Shown one piece after another: positions 1-10,193 of a stretch of DNA of 64,000 bases. The translations under genes were made by a program, and so were the position numbers. The stretch spans positions 16,616,001-16,680,000 of the forward strand of contig NC_043023.1 in NCBI RefSeq assembly GCF_006345805.1, read 5' to 3'. Each line of letters begins with the position of its first letter. Within the stretch, counting starts at the first letter, position 1. Below the pieces are notes generated by a model. The model searched no databases. It worked only from the letters and a program-made list of their open reading frames with translations, and was not told the DNA's origin. The stretch comes from Octopus sinensis. Lineage: Eukaryota.

Positions 1-59
1 CCTCGACTGCGAGTCCGATGCTCTAACCACTAGGCCATGTGTCTCCACAGCTAGCTGTA

Positions 60-167
60 TGTGATTGGTCGGAGATTTGGACAGTACTCAAGTGTATGTG
101 CGCATGCACGCAGCTGTATATGCATGCACTAGCACTATGGCCCGGCGTCGCCGGGTCATAATGCTAG
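60..167 (+). mobile_element. Helitron 3' end (non-autonomous)
   Basis: Perfect hairpin CCCGGCG-T-CGCCGGG (141-155) followed 8 nt later by terminal CTAG (164-167), then T. 5' boundary uncertain. Confidence 0.65.
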
Positions 168-375
168 TCTCTCTATATATAAATGGGCAAATGTCTGTCT
201 GTGTGTGTGTGTGTCCTTTATACAAATTCCACAATTTTTCAGTTAGCGGGCTTGCACTTTCTATGGTCATTCAAAACTATCCAAGGGTGGTCGTGCACAT
301 CTTTACATTTCCCCAGTCACCCCGCAAAGCCATTAAAAAATCAATAGAAGTGACATTTTTGTGAATTTTCTATCC
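168..375 (+). mobile_element. Helitron 5' portion, head-to-tail with the preceding copy
   Basis: Starts TCTCTCTATATATAAATGGGCAAATGTCTGTCTGTGTG directly after CTAG; same 5' style as the other Helitrons in the window; no 3' end visible before the SINE head at ~378. Confidence 0.55.
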
Positions 376-377
376 AT

Positions 378-420
378 AACCGCAAGTCCACTTCTCTAAC
401 CACTAGGCCATATGCCTCCA
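378..420 (-). repeat. tRNA-derived SINE head fragment (similar fragment at 1-48)
   Basis: Minus strand GGAGGCATATGGCCTAGTGGTTAGAG: A-box-like tRNA 5' half, no complete cloverleaf. Confidence 0.55.
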
Positions 421-589
421 CTACTCACCTTGATGGTCAGGGTGATCATGGATTTTGTGGGTTTTCTTTATGTATAAGCCTCAGATTACTACCCCACTTG
501 TTATATGACACTAAAACCCACACTGTACCATCTTCAATGTTTTTCTTTGTGTTAGCCTTCTGTGACTTATAAAGGAATTATTAATATTA

Positions 590-975
590 CTGTGTGGTAA
601 GTAGCTTGCTTACCAACCACATGGTTCTGGGTTCAGTCCCACTGCATGGCACTTTGGGCAAGTGTCTTCTACTATAGCCTCGGGCCAACCAAAGCATTGT
701 GAGTGGATTTGGTAGACGGAAACTGAAAGAAGCCCGTCGTATATATGTATATATATATATGCGTTTGTGTGTCTGTGTTTGTCCCCCTAGCATTGCTTGA
801 CAACTGATGCTGGCATGTTTATGTCCCCTTTACTTTGCGGTTCGGCAAAAGAGACCGATAGAATAAGTACTGGGCTTACAAAAGATTAAGTCCTGGGGTC
901 GAGTTGCTCGACTAAAGGCGGTGCTCCAGCATGGCCGCAGTCAAATGACTGAAACAAGTAAAAGAGTAAAGAGTA
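590..975 (+). mobile_element. SINE family A (tRNA head, CCTTGGGCAAG core, central TA/TG microsatellite, GAGTAAAA tail)
   Basis: TGTGTGGTAAG...GGTTCAGTCCC head and ...GACTGAAACAAGTAAAAGAGTAAAGAGTA tail; more than 15 copies or fragments in the window. Confidence 0.9.
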
Positions 976-994
976 TTATGAATTGCTTCCTTAC

Positions 995-1243
995 TGTTTA
1001 TCGTCAATTTGGTTCTTCCAAGGTTGATATTGTCGTCTGCAAACGCCCAAGTCAAACAGTCCTTTGTTACTTTTCTGATTAAGAGCATAGAAGTATTCCC
1101 ACTGTGGCTAACCTGGTAATTAGTGCCGTTAGCGCATGTCCTGTCGCATTCATATTTATAATTCTGGCACTGCCAAACCACTGGTCTTCGCATATTCGGT
1201 ACTGTAATACTGAGATTGGCTTTTCCGTTCAGTTTAATATTTT
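995..1243 (-). CDS. Internal coding exon (phase 1-1, 249 nt) encoding an ~83-aa Ig-like-looking domain
   Basis: Acceptor TTTCTTTCTTTCAG (AG at 1245-1244), donor GTAAGG (994-989), open frame NIKLNGKANLSITVPNMRRPVVWQCQNYKYECDRTCANGTNYQVSHSGNTSMLLIRKVTKDCLTWAFADDNINLGRTKLTIN; clear homology to the exon at 8074-8292. Confidence 0.7.
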
Positions 1244-1282
1244 CTGAAAGAAAGAAATCAGATAAGAAATATGCTTCCCAAT

Positions 1283-1438
1283 CACATATGGTTCTGGGTT
1301 CAGTCCCACTGTGTGGCCACCTTGGGCAAGTGTCTTCTAGTATAGTCTCTGGCCCACCAAAGCCTTGTGAGTGGATTTGGTAGACAAGAAACTGAAAGAA
1401 GCCCTTTGTTTTTATGTATATGTATTTATGTATGTGTG

Positions 1439-1508
<70 letters not shown>

Positions 1509-1519
1509 CATATGTATAT

Positions 1520-1562
<43 letters not shown>

Positions 1563-1760
1563 TGTATATATGTTATATATATATGTATATATATATATGT
1601 ATATATATGTATATATATGTATATATATGTATATATATATATGTGTATATATATATATGTATATATATATGTATATATATATGTAATATATATGTATATA
1701 TATATATATGTAATATATATATATTATATATATATATATCTATATATATATATATATACT
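1283..1760 (+). repeat. SINE-A 5' half running into a long (TA)n microsatellite
   Basis: SINE-A head 1283-1420, then ~330 bp of TA/TATG repeats. Confidence 0.85.
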
Positions 1761-2419
1761 ACTATTGGCATAGAAATAATTTTCTTTAGCCCTTATTTAT
1801 AAGTTGTATATGTATATGTATATATAGTGGTCGTATTCTGTCAACTTAATGTGACAGTCTTGTAAGGGAATTACACCAGCGCCATTTAACTCTAGGAAAC
1901 ATCGACGCTTCCTGTCAGCTTTGACACATTTCTTGTGTCCTTATATTTGCAAAGGGGATAAATTTTATATATATATAGTAGTAACAGAAAGGAGGAATTT
2001 CGATTATCCGCACTTGGTGAGTTGTAATTTATATAAGAAATTAAAAAAGGAAAATACGCACACTTTACATAGTTTTAATATAATTTTTAATATATTGACC
2101 GGTTTCACTATCACTATTCATGATATTATGTTTTACTTATTCGAATATGTATTTTTTCTTAAGAAGAAATTTTGTCCATGTTGTGTGTGACAATATTTTT
2201 TGTATTGGCAGTTTGCATCATTACCGTGGCAAACAATAGATACATAATTAAATACCAATCCTACTTGGATGGAGCTGTTAGCGCTCCACTGGCACAGGTG
2301 CCAGTCCACGAATTTGGTTCAATTTCGATTACACTTGCCCTGACAGGTCTTCGCAAGCAGAGTTTAGTGTCTAATGAAGGACGGTTGGCATGGGTGCCAG
2401 TCGTCGAATAAGCAGCGAC

Positions 2420-4030
2420 TAAAAGCTTTGAGTTGAGGGAAAGAAATAGAAGACAGAACTGAAAAGATAATGTCTAGTTTAAAAGGGGGAAAAGGGTTTG
2501 TTAATACCGGATGCAAGGCGATACAATAGAAAATACTTGGTCGAAAATGAAGGGTGCTTTCATTTCATTATTAGAAGAATGCGTAGGGTGTGTAAAGAGA
2601 AAGAATAAGACTTGATCACAAGAGACACTAATAGCCTTAGAGTAAGAAAGAAGCGAAAGGAAAAATTACAATTGTCAAGCTTAGAAGTAGAGATAAATAA
2701 ATGTCAGGGAAATTAGAAAATAAGGAAGTTAAAAAACCATTAAGGGACAAGCGAAAATATTTTGAAAATTTAGCAAAGACAGCAGAAAGTGCAGCTCAGG
2801 CCAGAACATGAAAGAGTTGTACAACACAAGTAAATTAATATCCGAGAAGAGAGTAAGAGTAGAAAAGGCAGTAAAAGGGAAGAGTGGCCGGATGCTAAGA
2901 TTAATCCTAGATCAAAAAAAAATCGATGGAAGGAGCATTTTGAAGATTTGCTAAGTAGACTACCTCCAGACACAATAGCTAAGATTGTGCCAAGAAATTT
3001 GGATCTTAACATCAGCCTTGACCCACCGTCCAAGTTTGAAATAAGAAAGTTAAAAAACAATTAAGAGACAAGAGAAAATACTTTGAAATTTAGCAAAGAC
3101 AGCAGAAAGTGCAGCTCAGGCCAGAACATAAAGAGTTGTACGACACAAGTAAATTAATATCCGAGAAGAGAGTAGAGTAGAAAATTATGTGAGACAACCA
3201 ATTTTTTTTTTAATAAATTTTCAAAAATTGTTTTTTTTCATAAAAGCTTTCTCCTATCATCTTTAAAAATATATAATAGAGAAACATTCTTAACCCTTTT
3301 GATACCAACCTGGCTGAAACCACCTCTGACCCTGTAGTACAAATGTCTTGTTTTCATAAGTCTTGAATTAAAATCTTCCACCAAACCTTAGTCACAATTT
3401 ATGTTCCTAACCTAGCTTAATGATAACTAAGTTATTTTACTAAATTCTTTGTTATATTTAAAATTAATTGAAAGGAACACAGAGCATCTCAACAGAAATA
3501 TGGTAACAAAAGGGTTAAAATATATAATAGAGAAACAATTCTTAACCCTTTTGATACCAACCTGGCTGAAACCACCTCTGACCCTGTAGTACAAATGTCT
3601 TGTTTTCATGAGTTTTGAATTAAAATCTTCCACCAAACTTCTTTTCACTGCATTGCTCCAGTCCACTCAGCCGTCAAAGTGTAACTTTGCAACCGATTGG
3701 CAGAAAAGGGTGAAATGGTGAAAGGGAAGGGTGGCCGGATGCTAAGATTAATCCTAGATCAAAAATTCGATGAAGGAGCATTTTGAAGATTTGCTCAGTA
3801 GACTACCTCCAGACACAATAGCTAAGATTGTGCCAAGAAATTTGGATCTTAACATCAGCCTTGACCCACCGTCCAAGTTTGAAATAAGAAAGTTAAAAAA
3901 CAATTAAGAGATAAGCGAAAATATTTTGAAAAGCAAAAGATTGGCTGAAAGTTATGAGTTGAGGGAAAGAAATAGAAGACGGAACTGAAAAGGTAATGCC
4001 TAGTTTAAAAGGGGAGAAAAGGGTTTGATA
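2420..4030 (+). mobile_element. Rearranged RTE-like LINE fragments
   Basis: Translates to KYFENLAKTAESAAQ and RWKEHFEDLLSRLPPDTIAKIVPRNLDLNISLDPPSKFEIRK, typical of the linker before an RTE reverse transcriptase; blocks duplicated at 3050-3180, 3725-3935 and 3950-4030; interrupted by MITEs. Confidence 0.65.
3290..3518. mobile_element. piggyBac-type MITE family 1 (partial second copy 3543-3640)
   Basis: TTAA-CCCTTTTGATACC ... GGTAACAAAAGGG-TTAA: TTAA flanks and CCC-initiated TIRs. Confidence 0.8.
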
Positions 4031-4169
4031 ATCCATTTACCACTTTGGATAATATCATAAATTCCTGCGCTTGCCAAACCTGTAAGAGATAAAAACATAA
4101 AGTTTTGATTTTCAGATTTAACATTTGATCAACAGGATTGTTTAATATTTATGTTATAATAATTAAATA

Positions 4170-4727
4170 ATGGAAGCGCTCCGTCAGTTACGACGACGAT
4201 GGTTCCGGTTGATCCGAATCAACGGAACAGCCTGCTCGTGAAATTAACGTGTAAGTGGCTGAGCACTCCACAGACACGTGTACCCTTAACGTAGTTCTCG
4301 GGGATATTCAGCGTGACACAGAGAGTGACAAGGCCAGCCCCTTGAAATAGATGGAAGCACTCCGTCGGTTACGACGACGATGGTTCCGGTTGATCCGAAT
4401 CAACGGAAAAGCCTGCTCGTGAAATTAATGTGTAAGTGGCTGAGCACTCCACAGACACGTGTACCCTAACGTAGTTCTGAGGGATATTCAGCGTGACACA
4501 GAGAGTGACAAGGCTGGCCCTTTGAATACAGGTACAACAGAACAGGAAGTAAGAGTGAGAGGAAGTTGTGGTGAAAGAGTACAGCAGGGATCACCACCAT
4601 CCCCTACCGGAGCCTCGTGGAGCTTTATGTGTTTTCGCTCAATAAACACTCACAACACCCGGTCTGGGAATCGAAACCGCGATCCTACGACCACGAGTCC
4701 GCTGCCCTAACCACTGGGCCATTGCGC
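4170..4727 (-). mobile_element. tRNA-headed SINE (family E) with tandem duplication of its 3' ~180 bp
   Basis: Minus-strand head GCGCAATGGCCCAGTGGTTAGGG...GGTTTCGATTCCC (A and B boxes) at 4650-4727; 4171-4350 repeated at 4351-4530. Confidence 0.75.
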
Positions 4728-4833
4728 AATAATATTTAACACTTGTAGATATAACTAGGACTATGACCTGGCAACTCGATTGTGAAATATGATCTTTGGA
4801 TGCTGAGTCTCATAGAGGTGATGACAAGTGACT

Positions 4834-6279
4834 GGGACTTCTGGGATTTGCTGTGCTTGAGAAAACATGTCAAAACACTTCTTTTCACTTCATTGCTCCA
4901 GTCCACTCAGCCGTCAAAGGTAACTTTGCAACCGATTGGCAGAAAAGGGTGAAATGGTGACTCAGAAAAATCCCCCAAACGGAGGTCCCGCAAGCCACAT
5001 AGTGTATTCAATGATCAAAAGGGACTTCTTGTGATTTGCTGTGCTTGAGAAAACATGTCAAAACATTTCTTTTCACTGCATTGCTCCAGTCCACTCAGCT
5101 GTCAAAGGGTAACTTTGCAACCGATTGGCAGAAAAGGGTGAAATGGTGAATCAGAAAAATCCCCCAAACGGAGGTCCCGCAAGCTACATAGTGTATTCAA
5201 TGATCAAAAGGGACTTCTTGGGATTTGCTGTGCTTGAGAAAACATGTCAAAACACTTGATTTCATTTCATTGTCCCAGTCCACTCAGCCGGCAAAGGGTA
5301 ACTTTGCAACCGATTGGCAGAAAAGGGTGAAATGGTGACTCAGAAAAATCCCCCAAACGGAGGTCCCTCAAGCCACATAGTGTATTCAATGATCAAAAGG
5401 GACTTCTTGGGATTTGCTGTGCTTGAGAAAACATGTCAAAACACTTCTTTTCACTTCATTGCTCCAGTCCACTCAGCCGTCAAAGTGTAATTTTGCAACC
5501 GATGGCAGAAAAGGGTGAAATGGTGACTCAGAAAAATCCCCCAAACGGAGGTCCCGCAAGCCACATAGTGTATTCAATGATCAAAAGGGACTTCTTGTGA
5601 TTTGCTGTGCTTGAGAAAACATGTCAAAACACTTCTTTTCACTGCATTGCTCCAGTCCACTCAGCCGTCAAAGGGTAACTTTGCAACCGATTGGCAGAAA
5701 AGGGTGAAATGGTGACTCAGAAAAATCCTCCAAACGGAGGTCCCGCAAGCCACATATTGTATTCAATGACCAAAAAAGACTTCTTGTGATTTGCTGTGCT
5801 TGAGAAAACATGTCAAAACACTTCTTTTCACTGCATTGCTCCAGTCCACTCAGCCGTCAAAGGGTAACTTTGCAACCGATTGGCAGAAAAGGGTGAAATG
5901 GTGTCTCAGAAAAATCCCCCAAACGGAGGTCCCGCAAGCCACATAGTGTATTCAATGATCAAAAGGGACTTCTTGGGATTTGCTGTGCTTGAGAAAACAT
6001 GTCAAAACACTTCTGCATTGCTCCAGTCCACTCAGCCGTCAAGTGTAACTTTGCAACCGATTGGCAGAAAATCCCCCAAACGGAGGTCCCGCAAGCCACA
6101 TAGTGTATTCAATGATCAAAAGGGACTTCTTGGGATTTGCTGTGCTTGAGAAAACATGTCAAAACACTTCTTTTCACTTCATTGCTCCAGTCCACTCAGC
6201 CGTCAAAGGGTAACTTTGCAACCGATTGGCAGAAAAGGAGGTCCCGCAAGCCACAGAGTGTATTCAATGACCAAAAGGG
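4834..6279. repeat. ~189-bp tandem repeat, ~7.5 copies
   Basis: GGGACTTC unit starts at 4834, 5021, 5210, 5399, 5587, ~5776, 5965, 6122; the last units carry internal deletions. Confidence 0.95.
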
Positions 6280-6329
6280 TGAATCCTGGTTGGTTGGGAT
6301 TGGTTGTTGAACCACATCACAGGTTTATA

Positions 6330-6497
6330 CTCTGCCAGATATTTTAAGCATTTCAGCAATAAGTCATGATGGACCCGGGGCTTTCCCTGTCGTCATATCC
6401 TTCATTGCCTTATGTATTATACCACTGTAAATTAGCACAGCTGATCCCTCTGTTGGGTCCAGACTAGGAAGACCCTTTTTCTCTCACGTATTTTCCA
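6330..6497 (-). mobile_element. RTE-like reverse transcriptase N-terminal fragment
   Basis: Minus strand reads MKDMTTGKAPGPS*LIAEMLKISG (GKAPG...AEMLK motif) with an in-frame stop. Confidence 0.6.
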
Positions 6498-6500
6498 TGT

Positions 6501-6729
6501 TTAACCCTTTAGCATTTAAACCGGCCATATCTGGCCAAAAGTATTCTGCCTGTTTTATGATCAAACTGGCCAGATCTGGTCTCTCACACCAACCCTACAA
6601 TATCTTTTAAAAAATTAACAGCTACCTCATCAAAATCTCAAAGCTACAAGATAATGCATGATTAGTTCAAAGCAATGTGGATGAAGAAGCATTAATTTTG
6701 GCAGAATAATGCGAACACTAAAGGGTTAA
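6501..6729. mobile_element. piggyBac-type MITE family 2
   Basis: TTAA-CCCTTTAG ... CTAAAGGG-TTAA; interior unrelated to family 1. Confidence 0.75.
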
Positions 6730-6865
6730 TAACCTTGAATGAGTTTGTACTTCCTTTGCATTCACTGGTTCATAAACAATGGTTTCCTAGCGATGTCATT
6801 TGCTTGAAGTTCACCTCAAAAGAATCTCTAGGATTCTTCACATATTGCACAATCTTAGTAAGCAA

Positions 6866-7282
6866 AAGGTGAGCTGGCAGAATCTTTAGCATTCAGGGTG
6901 AAATGCTTAGTGGTATTTTGTCTGCTGTTACGTTCTGAGTTCAAATTCCGCCGAGGTCGACTTTGCCTTTCATCCTTTCGGGGTCGATTAAATAAGTACC
7001 AGTTACGCACTGGGGTCGATGTAATCGACTTAATACCTATGTCTGTCCTTGTTTGTCCCCTCTGTGTTTAGCCCCTTGTGGGTAGTAAAGAAATAGGTAT
7101 TTTGTCTACCACTACGTTCTGAGTTCAAATTCCATCGAGGTCACCTTTGCCTTTCATCCTTTCGGTGTCGATAAATTAAGTACCAGTCACGTACTGGGGT
7201 CGATGTAATCGACTTAATACCTATGTCTGTCCTTGTTTGTCCCCTCTGTGTTTAGCCCCTTGTGGGCAATAAAGAAATATAT
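6866..7282 (+). mobile_element. SINE family B with duplicated 3' part
   Basis: GGTGAGCTGGCAGAATC...GAGTTCAAATTCC head and GTAGTAAAGAAATA end; 6913-7097 repeated at 7098-7282. Other copies at 23190-23300 (+, fragment) and 33154-33381 (-). Confidence 0.8.
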
Positions 7283-7381
7283 ATATATATATTATCATTT
7301 GTTTCCAGTCTACTAGGTAAAACATGTCCAAGTTCTTTGTTACTCAATAGACTGGGATATTATGATAGAAAGAACATCCAC

Positions 7382-7935
7382 CATCATCATCATCATCGTT
7401 TAGCGTCCGCTTTCCATGCTGGCATGGGTTGGACGGTTCAACTGGGGTCTGGGAAGCCAGAAGGCTGCACCAGGCCCAGTTTGATCTGGCAATGTTTCTA
7501 CGGCTGGATGCCCTTCCTAATGCCAACCACTCTGTGAGTGTAGTGGGTGCTTTTTACGTGCCAGACGAAGCTGGCAAACGGCCACGATTGGATGGTGCTT
7601 TTTATGTGCCACCGGCATGGGGACCAGGCGAGGATGGCAAACGGCCACGATCGGATGTTGCTTTTTACGTGCCACCGGTACGGGGGCCAGGCGAAGCTGG
7701 CAATGGCCATGGTCAGATGGTGCTTTTTATGTGCCACTGGCATGGGGGCCAGGCATGGCTGGCAAATGGCCACGATTGGATGGTGCTTTTTACGTGCCAC
7801 CAGCACAGGTGCCAGACGAGGCTGGCAAACGGCCCCGATTGGATGGTGCTTTTTACGTGCCACCGTCACGTAAGCCAGTCGGGGCAGCGCTGGCAACGGC
7901 CACGTTCGAATGGTTCTCTTATGTGCCACCAGCAC
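7382..7935 (-). mobile_element. (GAT)n-tailed retroposon family D with ~6 diverged ~63-bp internal modules
   Basis: (CAT)n on plus, then GGATGCCCTTCCTAA(T/C)GCCAACC motif, then repeated GGTGCTTTTTACGTGCCACC modules. Confidence 0.8.
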
Positions 7936-8073
7936 TGAGTTGTATATAAAGAAAACTCTGATTCCAAGCTTGGAAAAATAGGTGTTCAAACAATGACGAT
8001 GATGAAAAAAATAACCCTGAAATCTTTCACATAGCAAAGCAGTCACTAATATTAATTTATCTATTTATTTCAG

Positions 8074-8292
8074 GTCCAGTTGTGTTGGGAGGAAACGTCC
8101 TTCTTCGTACTGAAGAAGTACCCAATATGAAGAGGCCTATTGCCTGGGAAAATGGTCGTTGCTACAACGGCCACTATGAAGTTAGTCCTACTGGTAACAT
8201 TTCTACTCTTTGGATTCAAAGTCCCTCAAAGTGCACAAAGTACTTTCAGTACAGTGAAAATAAGAGCACCGCAACAAACTACAGCCCATACG
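8074..8292 (+). CDS. Candidate coding exon (phase 1-1, 219 nt), paralog of 995-1243; donor site apparently mutated
   Basis: Acceptor TATTTATTTCAG (AG 8072-8073); frame GPVVLGGNVLLRTEEVPNMKRPIAWENGRCYNGHYEVSPTGNISTLWIQSPSKCTKYFQYSENKSTATNYSPY; shares VPNM.RP..W and C.NG..Y.VS..GN.S.L.I....K.C with the minus exon; GAAAGC sits where GTAAGC would be. Confidence 0.55.
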
Positions 8293-8299
8293 GAAAGCA

Positions 8300-8445
8300 C
8301 TCTGAGTGAAGTAAAGAAAATAGATAGGAAAATACGCAAGCTGCTGAGTTGTAATAGGATGCACCACCCAAAGGCAGACGTAGGTCGCCTTTACCTTCCC
8401 AGAGCCCAAGGAGGTCGAGGCCTGATCCAATTGATGCTCAGTTGT
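8300..8445 (+). mobile_element. R4/Dong-type RT C-terminal fragment
   Basis: TLSEVKKIDRKIRKLLSCNRMHHPKADVGRLYLPRAQGGRGLIQL matches the equivalent segments of the elements at 11046 and 13375. Confidence 0.8.
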
Positions 8446-8589
8446 GCAGTAAAAGCATGTGATAAAAATAAGACAACTGAATAAGTAAAATAAAAGGAAG
8501 GTTAACGAAAATAAACAAAAGACGAAGGCAGGTGGAGTACAAACAAACAATTGTATTAGTATGGCGCTCAGGAATAGAAATAAAACAAG

Positions 8590-8627
8590 TCTTTTACGTT
8601 TCGAGCCTACGCTCTTCGACAGAAAGA
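8590..8627 (-). ncRNA. Minimal type-I hammerhead-like motif, A6U variant (copy 1)
   Basis: UCUUU-CUGUCGA-A-GAGC(GUAG)GCUC-GAA-ACGU-A-AAAGA: stem I 5 bp, stem II 4 bp, palindromic stem III. Confidence 0.55.
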
Positions 8628-8912
8628 TACACAGAAAAGAAACAAGCAGAGAAAAAGGTTGAAAGTTCAAGGTTAAAAATGTATACATGTTGTGGTATAT
8701 TTTAAGGATTTCACATCAATAACAAAGTCACTTTGATCCGTGAAGGTGAGGTGCAGTCAGAAGGTAGTGGTAGAATATAGGACAAAAGTGAGACCACCTG
8801 AGCGCGTGATATATAACGGGATGGTTTACGAAAATAAACAAAAGACAAAGGCAGGTTGAGTACAAACAAACAAATGTATTAGTATGGCGCTCAGGAATAG
8901 AAATAGAACAAG

Positions 8913-8949
8913 TCTTTTACGTTTCGAGCCTACGCTCTTCAACAGAAGA
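8913..8949 (-). ncRNA. Minimal hammerhead-like motif, A6U variant (copy 2, weakened stem I)
   Basis: UCUU-CUGUUGA-A-GAGC(GUAG)GCUC-GAA-ACGU-A-AAAGA. Confidence 0.45.
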
Positions 8950-9140
8950 TACACAGAAAAGAAACACGGAGAGAAACAAGGAGAGAAAAAAAATGTGTGC
9001 AGAAGCTAGCGATTCAATATACATATATACATATATATATATAACGGGAAGCTTTATGAATATAAACAAAAGACGAAGGCAGGTGGAGTACAAAGAAACA
9101 ATTGTATTAGTATGGCGCTCAGGAATAGAAATAGAACAAG

Positions 9141-9178
9141 TCTTTTATGTTTCGAGCCTACGCTCTTCAACAGAAAGA
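9141..9178 (-). ncRNA. Minimal hammerhead-like motif, A6U variant (copy 3, stem III ACAU)
   Basis: UCUUU-CUGUUGA-A-GAGC(GUAG)GCUC-GAA-ACAU-A-AAAGA; palindrome broken by one substitution. Confidence 0.4.
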
Positions 9179-9593
9179 TACACAGAAAAGAAACAAGGAG
9201 AGAAAAAAATAAATAAATAAAAGCCCTGATGTAGTACCAGGCAGTGGTTCTCATGGCTTCTGATCTTAACTTATTAGAAGTGTTATCATGTACATTGTTT
9301 TGTCTTGGTATAAAAGATGGGCTACAGCAAATATTCTGCTCAATACCACAGATTTGCTTGTCAGTTGTTTGACATTAACCAGTTGAGCAAGTTCCTCGGT
9401 GGCTGCATTATTTTTATTTAATTTCTTTGTCTAAGCTCTTTCGTCACACATCCTGCGACCCCTTTTTATGCTTCTTTATCCCCATTGTCACCTCTAGTTC
9501 TACTTATTCCACTTTAAGCAGAAGAAAAGGGACACATAGGATAAAAAGTCATTGGGAAGAAAGAGTTTAGACAAACACACTATAATAATAATA

Positions 9594-9629
<36 letters not shown>

Positions 9630-9631
<2 letters not shown>

Positions 9632-10160
9632 TACAGACATACATACAGACCGAACCATCAAGGCCAATAAACCAGATATTGTTGTGAAAGACCAAAACAA
9701 TAAAGTTTGCTTATTGATCGATATGAGCATCCCCTGTGATCATAATATCTCAGCGAAAGAGTTTGACAAGCTCAGAAAATATAAAGACCTACTCATTGAA
9801 ATTGAGAAAATGTGGCATCTCAAGGCGGTTACAATACCAGTGATCGTAGGAGCACTAGGAATGATCAAGAAGGGAACCGAAAATTATATGAGAATGATCC
9901 CTGGCTTACCATTCCTGCAAGAAGTACAAAAGATTGTCTTAACTGGTACATCACACGTATTGAGAAGAGCATTGTCGATGTGAGAACTGTTGCTGCTCAT
10001 GTATTTTAATATAACTTTAAAAAAAAAAAAAAAAAAATGAACGAACTATTGAGTTTGGTTTAATGTCCTACCAATGTATACTCTGAGTTTCTTTGCCCTA
10101 GGAGTCGGGAAGACACTCGGCAAGAAATGGAAGCAAATTTGAAAGAAGAAAAAAAAAGTA
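9630..10160 (+). mobile_element. R4/Dong-type RLE non-LTR retrotransposon A, heavily 5'-truncated
   Basis: Intact restriction-like endonuclease frame DRTIKANKPDIVV...IDMSIP...KYKDL...PVIVGALG ending 9983; 3' UTR; (TAA)n on both sides. Confidence 0.9.
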
Positions 10161-10193
10161 ATAATAATAATGATAATAATATAATAATAATAA

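Larger units (their letters stand above)
8503..9220 (-). repeat. Three copies of a ~160-bp hammerhead-bearing (Penelope/retrozyme-like) unit
   Basis: ACGAAAATAAACAAAAGAC...ACGTTTCGAGCCTACGCTCTTC...GAAAAGAAACA at ~8503-8660, ~8826-8990 and ~9056-9220. Confidence 0.8.

Noticed and set aside
1367-1802. ORFs rich in Y/I/C/V (also 22444-23330, 24105-24747, 44453-45013)
   Set aside because: Translations of TA and GT microsatellites, not genes.
4650-4727. tRNA-like sequences in SINE heads (also SINE-A, B and C heads)
   Set aside because: A and B boxes are present but there is no complete cloverleaf, and they continue into SINE bodies.
8160-8200. CTGAAGA upstream of GGGAAAA inside the candidate exon
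   Set aside because: Cannot form stem II adjacent to the core; explained as coding sequence.
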